Source: Octopus bimaculoides
Taxonomy: Eukaryota
Length of the DNA: 64,000 bases
NCBI RefSeq assembly: GCF_001194135.2
Contig: NC_068993.1
Span: 2,637,683-2,701,682 of the forward strand
Direction: 5' to 3'
Shown piece after piece: positions 1 through 13,399 of the stretch; position 1 is the first letter of the stretch; every line of letters begins with the position of its first letter. A model generated the notes under the pieces. The model was not told the DNA's origin. It saw only the letters and a list, made by a program, of their open reading frames with translations, and made no database searches. Both the position numbers and the translations under genes were made by a program.

Positions 1-539
1 CTAGCAGTTCTAGAGACTACATACAAGACCCCTCACTAACAATGCTGATAAAACTGATGCTGATGATGATGATGATGATGATGATGATGGTAGTGGTAGT
101 GCTACTGTTTGTAGAGGTGTTAGTGATGATGGAGTGGGGGTGGGTGGTAGTTTTAGCAGGGTGGCTGTGGTAGGAAAAGTTGATGTGTGAGGAAGGATTT
201 CAGTGATGACGCTGACAGCAGGAGACAACAATAGATGCATGTGCACATTCTTTGAATGAGGCTAAAGCATTCGTACTTCTAAACACCACCCCACCGAATA
301 CCTTCCTCTGTTCTCCCCCCCCCCCCATCATCTACCTCATCACCATCACCACCCACCAGTTTCGTAGCATCTACACTTTATTAATTCTGATCAACGTCCT
401 GCTAATATGAAACCAGTGGGGTGAGCATCACGGAGAGATGGGGGGGGGCGGGTTGAACTGGGATGGTGTGCTGGATGAAGGGGTGGGGGCGAAATTAGCG
501 AAGAATAATATGAAGTCTTGGATAAAGAGAGCAGAATGC

Positions 540-790
540 CCGTGATGACGGTGAAGATGATGATGATGATGATGGTGGTGGTGATGGTGTTGGTGGTGTG
601 GATGATGATGATGACATTGATGATGATGATGATGATAATGATGAAGATGATGCTGGCAGTGGTGGTGGTATTGATGCTGAGGATGACGACAACGGTGATG
701 ATGACGACGACAGTGATGATGATGAAGACGACGATGATGAGAACTGTGATGATAAGGATAAGAATGGTGATGATGATGATGGAGAAGAAG
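540..790. repeat. Degenerate (GAT/GGT)n trinucleotide field
   Basis: Direct reading; explains the poly-D, poly-M and poly-S ORFs. Confidence 0.9.
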
Positions 791-964
791 GAAGGGAGGA
801 GGAAAAGGTTGGTGGGGGTGGGTAATGTTTTAAATAAACAAAGAAATAAAAACAGTGTATGCGATTATAAAGAGGACACCAAACTGAAAACTGAATACAA
901 AGTGTCACGGAAAGAAGACACCGGCATAAATATACATGTGGGTGGGTGTGTAGATAGGTTTATG

Positions 965-995
<31 letters not shown>

Positions 996-1109
996 ACACA
1001 GGCACACACAATCATAGAATTCACATGTAGGTATGCACATAGGCACAGATTCTAAAATGCTTCACAACACACATCTGTCTACACCACATTCATGCATGAA
1101 TATAAATGT

Positions 1110-1345
1110 CTTTGAGACTATATATACATATATATATATGTATGTATGTATGTATATGCATATATATTTATGTATGTATATATATGTATGTGTGTGTATA
1201 CATATGTATGTATATATGTGTATATATGTATATATATGTGTGTGTATGTATATATATATATACATACACACATATATACACATACATGTATATATAAGTA
1301 TATACATATATATATATGTATATACAAACATATATATATGTACTT

Positions 1346-1402
<57 letters not shown>

Positions 1403-1500
1403 CATATATATATGTATATAAATATATACATATAAGCACACCCACATCTACATACACATGTACACAGAGATATGCAGCCAGGGCTGTATAATAATGTGTA
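1110..1500. repeat. Compound (TA)/(TATG)/(CA) microsatellite, one of more than 20 such fields
   Basis: Direct reading; source of the YI/CV-rich ORFs. Similar fields occur at about 10050, 10770, 11740, 20480, 24050, 36750, 44480, 52040, 56240 and 63750. Confidence 0.95.
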
Positions 1501-2167
1501 TATAGTAAATAAACAAATGAATAGACTTTTTGAATAAATTAATAAAGATAAATAAGCAAGAACAAAAAATACCAATAAAAACAAAACTATCAGTAATGTA
1601 ATTTGTTTAAAAGCTTGGCTAATAATTGTCACTGATGGATAGAGGCGGCGGCGGCGGTGGTCGTAGTTGTGGTGGTGGTGGTGGTGGTTGTGGTGGTGGT
1701 GGTGGTGGTAGTGGTGGTGGTGGTAGTGGTGGGGGTATTGTGTATATATATGTGTTTGTGCATGTATCTGTGTGGTGATGGTAGTGGTAGTAGTGGTGGT
1801 GGTGGTGGCTAGGTGTAGCTGCTGATTGTAGTGGTGATGGTGTTGTATAATTGTATTGGTGGTCGTTTTAGTGGTGGTTGTATTGTTAGTGACAGTATAG
1901 ATACAATTGTGGTAGTTGTGGCTACAGCAGCGATGGTGGTGCTAGCAGTGATGGCTGTTGTACCAATATGTGCTTGTGGTGGTGGTGGTGGGGATAGTAT
2001 ATGCTATAATGTTATGTTGTTGAAATATATGTTGTGGTCTTGTATGTGGTGTTGCTTGTGGTGGTGATAGTTCTGGTGGTAGTACAGTGGTACCATAAAT
2101 GGTTGTAATTGTAAAAGTTATTACTGTTATTGCAACCAAGTTGATAAGTTGAGGTCATGGTGGTAGC

Positions 2168-2199
<32 letters not shown>

Positions 2200-2911
2200 G
2201 GTATCATTGAGGGAGAATTAGTTGCTCTTTCTAGCAAGGGGTACAACTTCAAAAAGGCCTCTTTTGTTAGCAAGTAGTAGTAGTAGTAGTAGTAGTAGCT
2301 ACAGCAGTTGTTGGCTGTGGTTTTGTCAGCGGTGGTTGTTGTTGTTGTTAGTGATGATGGTACTGATGGCAGTTGCATACTATTAGTAACGTTGTTTGTT
2401 GTTGTTGCTATTGTTGTTGTAGCTGATGTCAGTCTTTAGGTTCAGCTCAGCCTCATTCATGCGGACCCATGGTCAGAGAAGGTCCTGCCTTGGCGATCAG
2501 TTCTTCTAGATTAGACGTGAGGTACCTAACACCACAGCCAAGAAGTAACTTCGGCCACAACATCACTTGGAAACCTCTCCCACAGCCCCACCCCGCCATG
2601 AAATTTAAAACAAGGTCACTCCCTTCCACCCGGGACCCCAAAACAGTCTCCCCACAGCATGTCAACTTCCCCTCAGATGCCTTGGCAAAGTACATGCTGC
2701 TCATGCATTCTTTGCCTTGATGGTAGGGTACCATTGAGGGAGAATTAGCTGCTCTTTCTAACAAGAGGTACAGCTTCAAAGAGGCCTATTTTGTTAGCAA
2801 GTACAGTACCATTGATAGCAGTAGTCATCGTAGTAGTAGCAGCAGCAGCAGCAGCAGCAGTAGTCATGGTGGTGTTGGCAGCAGTAGAAGTAGTATTAGT
2901 AGTAGTAGTAT

Positions 2912-2965
<54 letters not shown>

Positions 2966-3949
2966 CAAGGTTCATTGCGATGATATTAAGTTGTGTAATA
3001 ATGGTGTTGTTACTGATGCTGTCTGGTCTGGAAGATAGTTGAGAGGATATTTTGGTTTGCAAATAAGAATTTGATGTGTTGACATCCTCCCCCACCCATC
3101 TAACTCTTCCCCAAACCCACCCGAAATATTAATAAATAAATAAAGGAGGAATTAATAAATTATCTGAGAGAAACAACCAAATCTGGACCCCAACGGGGAT
3201 AAAGGTATGAGAAAATGGTAAAAACAAATGAAAAAAAAAACATCATGGTGGCCAGAATTAAACAATAAGTAGAAAAGAATAAAGAAAACAGATATAAAAA
3301 AATATATAAAATACATATATAAAAAACGTAAATAAAAATATATCTAAAAAAGTATATAAATTGAAAAATCATCACAAATCTACAAATAAATGTTGTATGA
3401 GACATAAAAGAATTATTGAGCATAATTAATCATAGAATTCATTTTTTGGTACATTGCTGCCAAAATATGTCCACACCAAATACTCCCCTGAGAAATATTC
3501 TCTGGGCAAATAATAGTTATAATGTTTGGCAATTTTGAGGGTTTGTTTTCTAATACACTTCTTGTTGATTTATTATTATCATCATCATCATCATCATCAT
3601 CATCATTACTGTATTATTATTATTATTATTGTTGTTGTTGTTGTTTTTGATTTGTTGTCATCTTCTTTTTCTTATCTGAAAAGTGTTCTGCTTTGTTGAG
3701 TCAACATTTAATTTAGCCACCAGAAACCAATTATGATTTATTTGTATTATATTCATGTTTGTTTTCTTTCTTTTTCTGTTTTTTTTTTTTTTTCACTTTT
3801 GTTTAAATGCAATTTTTGAGAAACTTTTCTTGGACACCTTCTGGCTAGGATATTTTTGCAATTAATATAGCGAATGACCATTTAAAGCTTGTGTTGAGGC
3901 TGACAGAAACGAAATTTTCTCTTTTCCACATACACCTTCCTCTGTCATG

Positions 3950-4475
3950 TTTTCATTACCAAATTTCTGTTGAAATGCGCTGCTTTTTGGTTCAATTGAT
4001 TTTTAAAATAAAGAAGAATTATATAAAATAACTTTACAAGGTAACAGAATTTCTGGCACCTTATTTACAAAGGACCAAGATATCTGGTGCTTTACTGCAC
4101 CCAAGAAAACCTGCCCACCACAGCAGAATTATTAATGCAACCATTCTAGCTGAAGAGGTTTTTGCCCTGCAAGAGCCCTCCTGTTCAAAGCATCCATGCC
4201 AGTCCATGTTAAAAACGCTCTGTAAAGTGGTTGGCATTAGAAAGGGCATACAACCATAGAAACCAGACCAAATCAGACCAGAACCTGGTATAGTTCTCTT
4301 GCTTGCCAGCTCTGGTCAAACCGTCCAACTCATGCCAGCATGGAAAACAGACGTTAAATGATGATGATGATGATGATGATTAATCTAGTGTTTATTTCAC
4401 ATAAATTGACATGAAATTTTGACAGATTTTAATTTACATCACTTTAAAACACAAAGTTTGTATCATAGAATGATG
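3950..4475 (+). mobile_element. TTAA-type MITE, split by an inserted RTE-tailed repeat
   Basis: 3950-4045 and 4381-4475 align collinearly with the left and right halves of the uninterrupted copy at 30748-30977 (shared atttctgtt.aaat..gctgcttt, taacttt, gaaattttga, atcacttta, tgtatcata). Confidence 0.6.
4048..4380 (+). mobile_element. RTE-tailed short retroposon (family C) with (GAT)n tail
   Basis: Ends in ccaactcatgccagcatggaaaacagacgttaaatgatgatgat. The same tail recurs at 32972, 41007 and 45500. Confidence 0.75.
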
Positions 4476-4499
4476 AACTGTCTCTCGTCAGTTCCTAAC

Positions 4500-4860
4500 A
4501 GTGACTGGTTACTCCAAGGCAGCTGCTTTGGGATACTTTGTCAGTGATATTTCTGGGATCCCAGGAGGTTTTAGATCTTTTGACATTAGGTCCCCTCATG
4601 CAGCTTACTCAGCCAAGGTCAATCTCAGCTTTGCATCCCAATGGCAACAAAACGCTGGTTTGCTCTCTTCATCCAAAGCCATCTAGTGGCCTTCTCTGCA
4701 TCTTCAGTGAAGGAATTTATAGTCCTCCTCTTTGTTGCACCAGTAACTCCGTGCCCTTCACACCTTTGCAGAACGAGCACCCCACAAACCGTTGACAGCC
4801 CACTCCTATTGCCCCATGTGCCTGCTAGCCCTAATTCTTGCACTGCTCTACCACCAACGT
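4500..4860 (-). mobile_element. HERO-like (restriction-like endonuclease) non-LTR retrotransposon, 5'-truncated and decayed 3' end
   Basis: Minus strand reads EQCKN*G*QAHGAIGVGCQRFVGCSFCK, then after a frameshift GVTGATKRRTINSFTEDAEKATRWLWMKR. This matches the remembered HERO C-terminus (EQC..GW....IEVGCRGF.G.S.C...GITG..KRRAI....AEKA.RWLW.KR). A HERO-like 3' UTR follows (gatcccagaaatatcactgacaaagtatccc). Confidence 0.85.
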
Positions 4861-4868
4861 TCACATTA

Positions 4869-4911
<43 letters not shown>

Positions 4912-5832
4912 GCATCTATATATACATACATGCATATGTACATACGTCTATACATACATGTGTATATACATTTATGTATACAGTCATATGCTTATGTGTG
5001 TATGTGTGTAAGCTTGAAAAGAGTGAACATTACCAAATTAACAAAAATCTGCATAAACAGGAAAAAATATTTATGCTATTACAACTATTACAATATCAGA
5101 ATGGAAATATACATACATACATACAAACATATATATATATATATATTCCCACTGGTTGCTGAATCAATTTAGTTATGACAAGTTTAATTGACCACAGTAA
5201 AATAAATGTTAAATACAATGTGATGCTTGATTTCAACATAAAGAATAATAACAGAAATAAGTGAATATTATCTATTAAATAGACGAACATAATGTTTTGC
5301 AAAGTTTCTTAACGAGTTATGCATACATATGTAAATAATAGATATATTTAAATACATACATACATACACACATAAATACACACGTGTGTGCACGTGTATG
5401 TGGTATGCAAGTGAATTAGCATGATGTGTGTGCAACATGCAAGTAATTCCGCACGATATGTGCATGTGTTATAAGATTTTCCTTTCTGGGGTAGATAGCT
5501 GTTCTGCATAACGATATATGGCTGGCTGACTGGCTGACTGGCTGACTGGCTGGCTAGCTGGTTGGCTGGCTGGCTGGTAAGAGTAGTATCTGAGCTGGTT
5601 CCTTATATATATATATGTATATGCATAACACCTTCATACTGAACTACTTGGCAAAATTGTTAATTATTAATTTTATTACTAATTGGCAATTCCCTGCCCT
5701 ATATCTGTATATTTATGTATATGCATATGTATGTATGTATGTATGTATGTAAACTTCAAAATAAGAAAATGAAGAAATTGGAAAAAATTTACATACAGAT
5801 GTTTTTATCTAAAGACATTCAAATTATAAATA

Positions 5833-5935
5833 GAAATTCCTACCTACAGCTGTTTCCATACAGAATTCTTTAATTTCAGAAATAAAATTCCATAAACGAA
5901 ACCAATGAAATATGTATATCCTCAGGGAGAATTTC
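5833..5935 (-). ncRNA. Type I hammerhead ribozyme motif (Penelope type)
   Basis: Minus strand: gaaattctcc-CUGAGGA-tataca...tgtatg-GAAA-cagctg-UA-ggtaggaatttc. Stem I is 2 bp + 2-nt bulge + 8 bp, stem II is 6 bp (U.G at base), stem III is the palindrome acagctgt, and the cleavage triplet is GUA. Confidence 0.65.
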
Positions 5936-6065
5936 TAAAGGATGTTTAACAATGTGTAGGCTAATCTACGACAAACTCAGAAGTGTTTGTTTTTTCTTAA
6001 TACAAGCATTCTGTTGAAACCGTCATTGCCTCGACTTACTAAATATATATATATGTATGTTCGCC

Positions 6066-6222
6066 CATTGCTACATTCTGAGTTCAAATTCCGATGAGGT
6101 TGACTTTGCCTTTCATCCTTTCGGGATAGATAAATTTAGTACCGGTTGAGTACTGGGGTTGATGTAATCGACTATCTCCCTCCCCCATATTTCAGGCTTT
6201 GTGCCTATAATAGAAAGGTCAT
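6066..6222 (+). mobile_element. tRNA-derived Meta-like SINE (family A), 5'-truncated
   Basis: Core ttctgagttcaaattcc..gaggttgactttgcctttcatcctttcggg..gataaa..agtacc, shared by about 20 copies in the window. Confidence 0.85.
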
Positions 6223-6231
6223 ATATATGTA

Positions 6232-6293
<62 letters not shown>

Positions 6294-6884
6294 CATATAT
6301 ATATGTATGTATGTATGTAATGTATATAAACACTTGTACATATGTATAGATACATCCATACTTACGAGCACATACATGTACACAGACATGCAGACCACAC
6401 ACATACACACATATATACACTCACACAAACACACACACACACACAAACCTTCTTTTAACTGAAATTTCTCACATAAAATCTAAATTGCTCTTTCAATAAA
6501 TCACTTGTTTCACAGGACATCCAACTGTTGGTAGTGGTGGTAGATGCAATGACGGAGGTTGTGGTGGTCAGTGGTGGCCATGGTTGTATTGTCTGATACG
6601 ACGACAGTACCCAATGATGGCTGATGATGGTGTTGATGTTGGTGGGGACGAAGGAGGATGTAGTGGCATAAATGGCATAGCTATTGATAAATGGCAGCAT
6701 CAAGAAAGTCAGTTCTCTTCTTGCATCTCAAATATGTTATTTCCACAAATTCTTTCTTTATTTCGCAGACAATTAAACGCAAAGGTCACTTGATATATTT
6801 CTACATCTCATTTAACATTTCACATCGTACAATTAGTAAATATATATCTTTTGTCATTGATGATATTTTCACTGTGGCTGCTGC

Positions 6885-6933
<49 letters not shown>

Positions 6934-7475
6934 GAGTGTCTTTGATCAACTCTGCTTCTACAGACCGATTCAATGCCACACTGCTAGTTCATCAAATGAA
7001 CCGTACAGTTGATATTTCTATACACAATCAATCTGTCTCCTTTTAATTTTTTTGCTTTTAAATGTCTTATGCAAATGAGTGAAGTCAACATTTATGACCT
7101 CTGACCTGAGTCTCTCAGACTGATGGGTAGAAAGCAGGAAGTTATTTTCAGACTGGAAAACCAAACTTGAATGCTTGCAATACAACGGGCTCTCTTAAAA
7201 GCACTAAAGTCCCAAATGGAAATAAGTCCTTGGTTTATTCAATACTCTGCTATACACTAGTCCATTCATGCCCCACCCCCATTACTGACTCAGGGCTGTG
7301 CGAACTTCCTTTGGTTTTTCTTAGACAGGTTCTGTCAGAAGTTACTTTTTCATTTACATTTTTTTTTTGAGAAGATATGGAAAAACAGGACTAATTCCTA
7401 TCCTCTTTTGACCAGTCTTGGGAACTGGCTGACATCTTTGGATTATAATAGCCAAGCAGAGATCAGGTAATTTGA

Positions 7476-7550
<75 letters not shown>

Positions 7551-7552
7551 GA

Positions 7553-7590
<38 letters not shown>

Positions 7591-7999
7591 TGGCTCCCAT
7601 TCTTGACGACCAAGGTAAATTTTGATTTTCATCCAAAGTCAATAATTCTTGGGTTTATGGTATTGAGTAACTCTGTTTCTCAACCCTTGCTGGACTTCTG
7701 CTTGAATGAGACACCATTATCCAAAGCTGCTAGAATCATCAAAGGGCCACATTGAAAATTTAGTGACATTTCTTTCAGTTACTTATGTTCTGAGTTCAAA
7801 GTTAACTGACGCTGATTTTGGGTGGGGGGGATACATTATTCTTTCAGGATCAATGAAAGAAGTACCATTAGGGCACTGGGCAGCAGTGTAAAGAACTTAC
7901 CCCTCCCCTCAAAACTCCTGGTCTTGGGACAAAATGAGAAAAAAATCATTATACTCAGAATTTATTATTATTCTTGTTGTTGTTGTTGTTGTTATATAA

Positions 8000-8212
8000 G
8001 GCGGTGAGGTGGCAGAATTGTTAGCACGCTGCATGAAATGCTTAGCAGTATTTCGGCTGTCGCTACGTTCTGAGTTCAAATTCTGCCGATGTCAAGTTTG
8101 CCTTTCATCCCTTCAATGTCGATAAATTAAGTACCAGTGACACACTGGGGTTGATGCAATCGACTTAATCCCCTCCCACAAGCTGTCCTCGTGGCAAAAA
8201 TTTGAAATCATT
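8000..8212 (+). mobile_element. Family A SINE, near full length
   Basis: Head ggcggtgaggtggcagaattgttagc, B-box-like gagttcaaattc, core gcctttcatcc..gataaattaagtaccag, (TTA)n tail. Confidence 0.9.
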
Positions 8213-8959
8213 ATTATTATCGTTGTTATTGCTATTATTGTTATTACTATTATTATTATTATTATTATTATACTTTTGTTAATGTCGTCATCATCATCAT
8301 CATCATTATCATCAACAACACCATCATTATCTTTATTATAACTTCATCTCCTCCTTCAATATGGTTGACTCCAAGTAAAATAATTGTTATAAATATTCAT
8401 TTACTGTCAACAGAAAAAGATATTATTTATGTGATCTCTCTGGATATCAGGTATTGTAGAGATAGCATGCTGTAGAGAAATATATTCTGTTGATATTTCA
8501 TTTGGCTGCAGTTGTTTACCGTATTCCTTGGTCCAAACTTCAACAATCTTCAGAAACCAGTAATGCTAAAACAACTAATACACACACTGAATAAATAAAA
8601 AAAGGAAAACAAGCATTAAAAAAAGCCATGAAATACATAAGTAGAATACAAAAATGGTTTATTAGTTAACAATTACATTGTGCTTGAAATAAATTGAATT
8701 CTGAACTAAGATTTGATGCCACATGCAACGATTGTAATGATATTTTGTATCGAAAACAATTCTGTTGTCTTGTTTGGACAACAGACATAGCAGTGGAAAG
8801 GAAAACTGACCCTTTAAAAGCTCTATAAGATAATTGGGTTTTGGTTTGATTTCTTCTCTTGTGTTTACATACCTACAAGTTACATATATATGTATATCTT
8901 ACACAAATGCGTGCACACACACACACACACACGCATAGATGTAGATGTATATATATATA

Positions 8960-9215
8960 CATACACACATGGGCACCTATGCATTTATCTATCTGTCTGT
9001 TAGACTGTCTGTCTATCTATCTGCTAATCTTTCTATCTATCTATCAATCTGTCTATCTGTCTATCTGTCCATCTGTCTGTCTGTCTATCTGTCTGTCTGT
9101 CTATCTATCTATCTGTCTGTCTGTCTGTATTTATGTATCCATCAATTTATCTAGCTATCTAGTTGTTGGTCTTTCTACCTGTCTGCCTGTCTGCCTGCCT
9201 GTCGGTTTATTTATG

Positions 9216-9260
<45 letters not shown>

Positions 9261-9350
9261 CTGTCTATCTGTCTATCTATCTGTCTGTCTATCTAACTAT
9301 CTACCCACCTATACCTACCTGCCCATCCATCCATCCATCCATCCATCCAT
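8960..9350. repeat. (TCTA/TCTG)n with (CT)n and (CCAT)n
   Basis: Direct reading. Confidence 0.9.
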
Positions 9351-9419
9351 TTCATAGGTGTATGCAGAGGTCTCTGATACATTCAGGATTTTATTCTAAG
9401 TACCTGTATGTGTGAGTGT

Positions 9420-9550
9420 GTACTTTTTAAATTGATCCCAAAAGGATGAAAGGCAAAGTCGACCTCAGTGGAATTTGAACTCAGAAAGTAACAGCAGACG
9501 AAATACCACTAGGCATTTCATCCGGTACGCTAATGATTCTGCCAGCTTCC
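9420..9550 (-). mobile_element. Family A SINE
   Basis: Reverse complement of the core (ggatgaaaggcaaagtcgacctc..gaatttgaactcaga) plus head. Confidence 0.85.
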
Positions 9551-10094
9551 TGACAGATCTTCAAATTATACCCTTCGTACCATTTTAAAAACAAGGGGGC
9601 ATATTGGATGATGCTGACTTCATGCTGACATTTGAGAAATGGCAAGATGGTCTCGGTTGGAATAGCATTGACCATAGTTCTGCTGACCAATCAGAGCTGA
9701 CCAAGGCCTAAAACCAAAAGTAGAAACAACAACAACATTATTGCCAATGTTTTCTTTTTATAAACCTCTAACTATGTTTCAAATCTGATATCAATTTTTT
9801 TCTTGAGTTTCATGTCACCAGTTGAATTATGTTTTATTAGAAATCAATAAAGTCAGAAATAGAAGAAAAGAAAATAAATGATAAAAATAAAGAAACAAAA
9901 CACAAATATAAAATCCATAAGTATTTTTTTTTTTTTCTTGAATACATGTTTTCTTTTGGAAAAATGTTTAACAAAATGTGTTTCAAGAAGGAAAAATATA
10001 AGAAAATATTGATAATCTACTTGAATAGTAATACTGAAGCAAACATACATACATACATACATACACACATGCATATGCACCCACACATGTATAA

Positions 10095-10180
<86 letters not shown>

Positions 10181-10857
10181 TCTACATTTCTCTATTACAT
10201 GTAAAATACTTGACGATATGTATATATATATGTATATATGTGTGCGTGTGTGTGTATATATATGAATAAATAACAACAGATGATCAGTTTGTTAGTTGGT
10301 TAGATACTTAACCAATTGCCTAACAATAAAGAAGTGATACTGAACCAGTGTGTGTGTTACTTTTTTTATTAGCATAATGACCCTCCCAAGACAACAAAAT
10401 TTGTTTAAACACTCAAATTGTCATCAAGTATCAAATCTTGCAAACCAAATCTAAAATTGATGATGATTTTAAGATATCTCAGTTTTTAAAATTTTACACT
10501 TTGCTTACACTATAAACTCTGTAATATATCCTTGATTAGACTTTCAACATTGCTACCATGATACAATGGTGTAACCGTATGTACATTCATCAATATCGTT
10601 TTTTTACCCCAATGGTTTTCATTGTTATATACTTATGAAATTAAAATTACAATTAATCCCCAAAACGTAAATTCATATCATGGGCCTGCAAAGGAAAGAA
10701 AACAAATTTGATATTTAATTAGAAAAAAAGAAAGGAAGAAATAAATAAAACCTTTTGGTAGGTCACTGCATGTGTGTGTGTATACACACACACATGTATG
10801 TATTTGTATGTATATGTATGTATATAAATATATATATATATATGTATATATATGTAA

Positions 10858-10907
<50 letters not shown>

Positions 10908-11575
10908 GTATATATATATATGCATATGTATGCATATATATATATATGTATATATGTATATACATATATATATGCATACACACACATGCACATATATTAT
11001 ATGTGTGTATAAATATATCTTGCTATGAACAGAGTATTGTTGCCATTATTAAAACAAAATATATACATGGATACGTATATAGATATATAAATGTGAGCAT
11101 GTGTGTGTGTGTTTGTGTTTGTGTGTGTGTTTGTGTTTGTGTGTGTGTTTGTGTGTGTGTAATTTTGTTCATATGTATTTATGTATCTATGTCTATGCAT
11201 ACACAAAATATTCATACGGATGAGAAGTTATATTATTCATAAGTCAGCAGATCATTGACTGCCAGCCAGAGATATTAATTCAATAATTCTATGTGTCTCA
11301 GGCCACTAAGCTGTAGGTAAATGACATCAGTTCACCTGAATATGTTACTTCCAAATAAATTAATGTCTTATCCTAGAATGATATTGATCTTTTACTTATT
11401 ATTTAGCATAAAAGATTCCTGAGAGATGTAGCATAAAAAACCAGCGAGTGCAGAATCACTTGACAGTATCAAGAGTTAATAATTACGATAAAATATTGGA
11501 CTAATTATATCTCTAACGATAAAAAGATACAAGTGTTTCAAAAGTATGCAATCAAGATATCTGTTCCAGCATACG

Positions 11576-11612
<37 letters not shown>

Positions 11613-12979
11613 TTTTTAGAAATATAGATGAGAACAAGACTCAACAACAGAGCTTCTATGAGATTGTTAAACCTACTAAAAATAGCAACAGAATCTGTTT
11701 TGAATCACTTTTTACTCTTCATATACATCCACCAATCATATATATATATATACATGCATACATATATGTATATATATACATATGTATGTATATACATACA
11801 TACATACCTCTGGATATCCTTGTTGCTTATTTTGATTATATACATATATATATATATATACATACATACATACATACATATATATATATATGTGTGTGTG
11901 TGCGTGTATCTCTATACATATGAGAGTGTCCGGGTTTGACAATGTAGTTCTAAATATTCATATATAACCGGAAAAAGACGGAGCGATCACAGCAGAAAGA
12001 TCGTTGATTATAGGTCTGGCTGATCATCGATGCTAACCTTGGGTTAAACTACAACAACAACAACAACAACAACAAGCACAACAATGATTCTTTCTGTCTC
12101 TCTCCTTTTGACCTCCCTTTTCAATTTACCAATTTTTCGTTGGAACTGTTATATTAAGTAAAAGTAAGCAACATAAATTGTATTTTGCTTTGCATTGCTA
12201 TTTTGTATAAGTTAGCCGAGCAGCGATGGTAAAGTCTGTAAGTGTCAACTCATTAGTATTGTAGTATTGTCACATACATATTTAGAATTATGTCTGAACC
12301 GACTTAATTTTCCAATATTCATTGATAGAAACTGAAATAAAAAGAAGACAAAAGGAGACAAAAAAAAAAAAGAAATCTATTCTCTGACTTTAGCCATAAG
12401 CCCATTAGGTTTTTGGTTGTTCAGTATTTGGTGTGTGAGAAGATTCGATGTATTGTGTTGTGTCTGCTTTATAATTTCTAAAAGAAGTAATAGAAAGCAT
12501 CTCTGTATGACGGCTGATTGAAATATAGGAAACTTTGCGGACAATACTTACAATTCTTCTCTGATTTATGAAATAATCTCTTAAAATGACTTGTCTTTAT
12601 TTCCTATGCAACTTTGAAGGGTTATTTAATAGTATCTAAAAAAGGAAACACTGCAAGGATGTCGCATGAACTTTTTCAAATTGATGTTGTGATATTCATG
12701 CCTTTCTCGTAAATGTATTATGGAAATGGATTGGTCAAACACTAAGGGCTACTTAACAACTTGTAACTTGTTCAAAGCAGATGACATTCAACCTTTTAGT
12801 AGTGGCTTATCGACACCTAATGTTCATCATAGAAAGGCCATCTCCAGGGAGTCAGGCCTAGACAAGATCATACAGAAGAATAGCATCTTCCTATTGATGT
12901 GAGTCTCATCTCTCCATGCCACCAATGTTAGCCAAGAGAAAGGCAAGTTCTGATACAGCTTAGCACCAGCATTACTGCA

Positions 12980-13148
12980 GGCATTTCATCTGTCTTTACG
13001 TTTTGAGTTCAAATTCTACTGAAGTCGACTTTGCCGGTCATCCTTTCAGGGTCGATAAATAAAGTACCAGTCAAGCGCTGGGGTCGATGTAATCAACACA
13101 CCCCCACCACAAGTTCCAGGCCTTGTGCCTATATTAGACAGAATTATT
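12980..13148 (+). mobile_element. Family A SINE
   Basis: gagttcaaattc..gtcgactttgcc..catcctttcagggtcgataaataaagtaccag. Confidence 0.85.
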
Positions 13149-13194
13149 TTTAGTGTACAAAATCAAAATTATCAACTTTTTGTGATTCCAGTCA

Positions 13195-13360
13195 CTACAA
13201 AAAAATTGGCTTCAAATTTTGGCAAAAGGCCAGCAATTTTTGGGGCTGAGGGGCGAAAGGTTAAAAGGCAAAAATGACCCTGGCAGAATTTGAACTCAGA
13301 TGGATGAAATGCTGCTGGACATTTTACCTGACATGCTAATGATACAGCCAGATCATGCCT
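13195..13360 (-). mobile_element. Family A SINE, internally deleted, tail-to-tail with the preceding copy
   Basis: aaaggcaaaaatgaccctggcagaatttgaactcaga..gctaatgatacagccag is the reverse complement of core and head. Confidence 0.7.
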
Positions 13361-13399
13361 TTCAGTTGCTGCCAAACATTGGCATTGATTCAGTTTAAT

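Noticed and set aside
7350-7700. Second HERO-like tail (NY*LWMK on the minus strand)
   Set aside because: Only a few residues match, and the region is split by (GA)n.
10560-10600. DIDEC EGF-like motif on the minus strand
   Set aside because: No following cysteines, and a stop within 10 codons.
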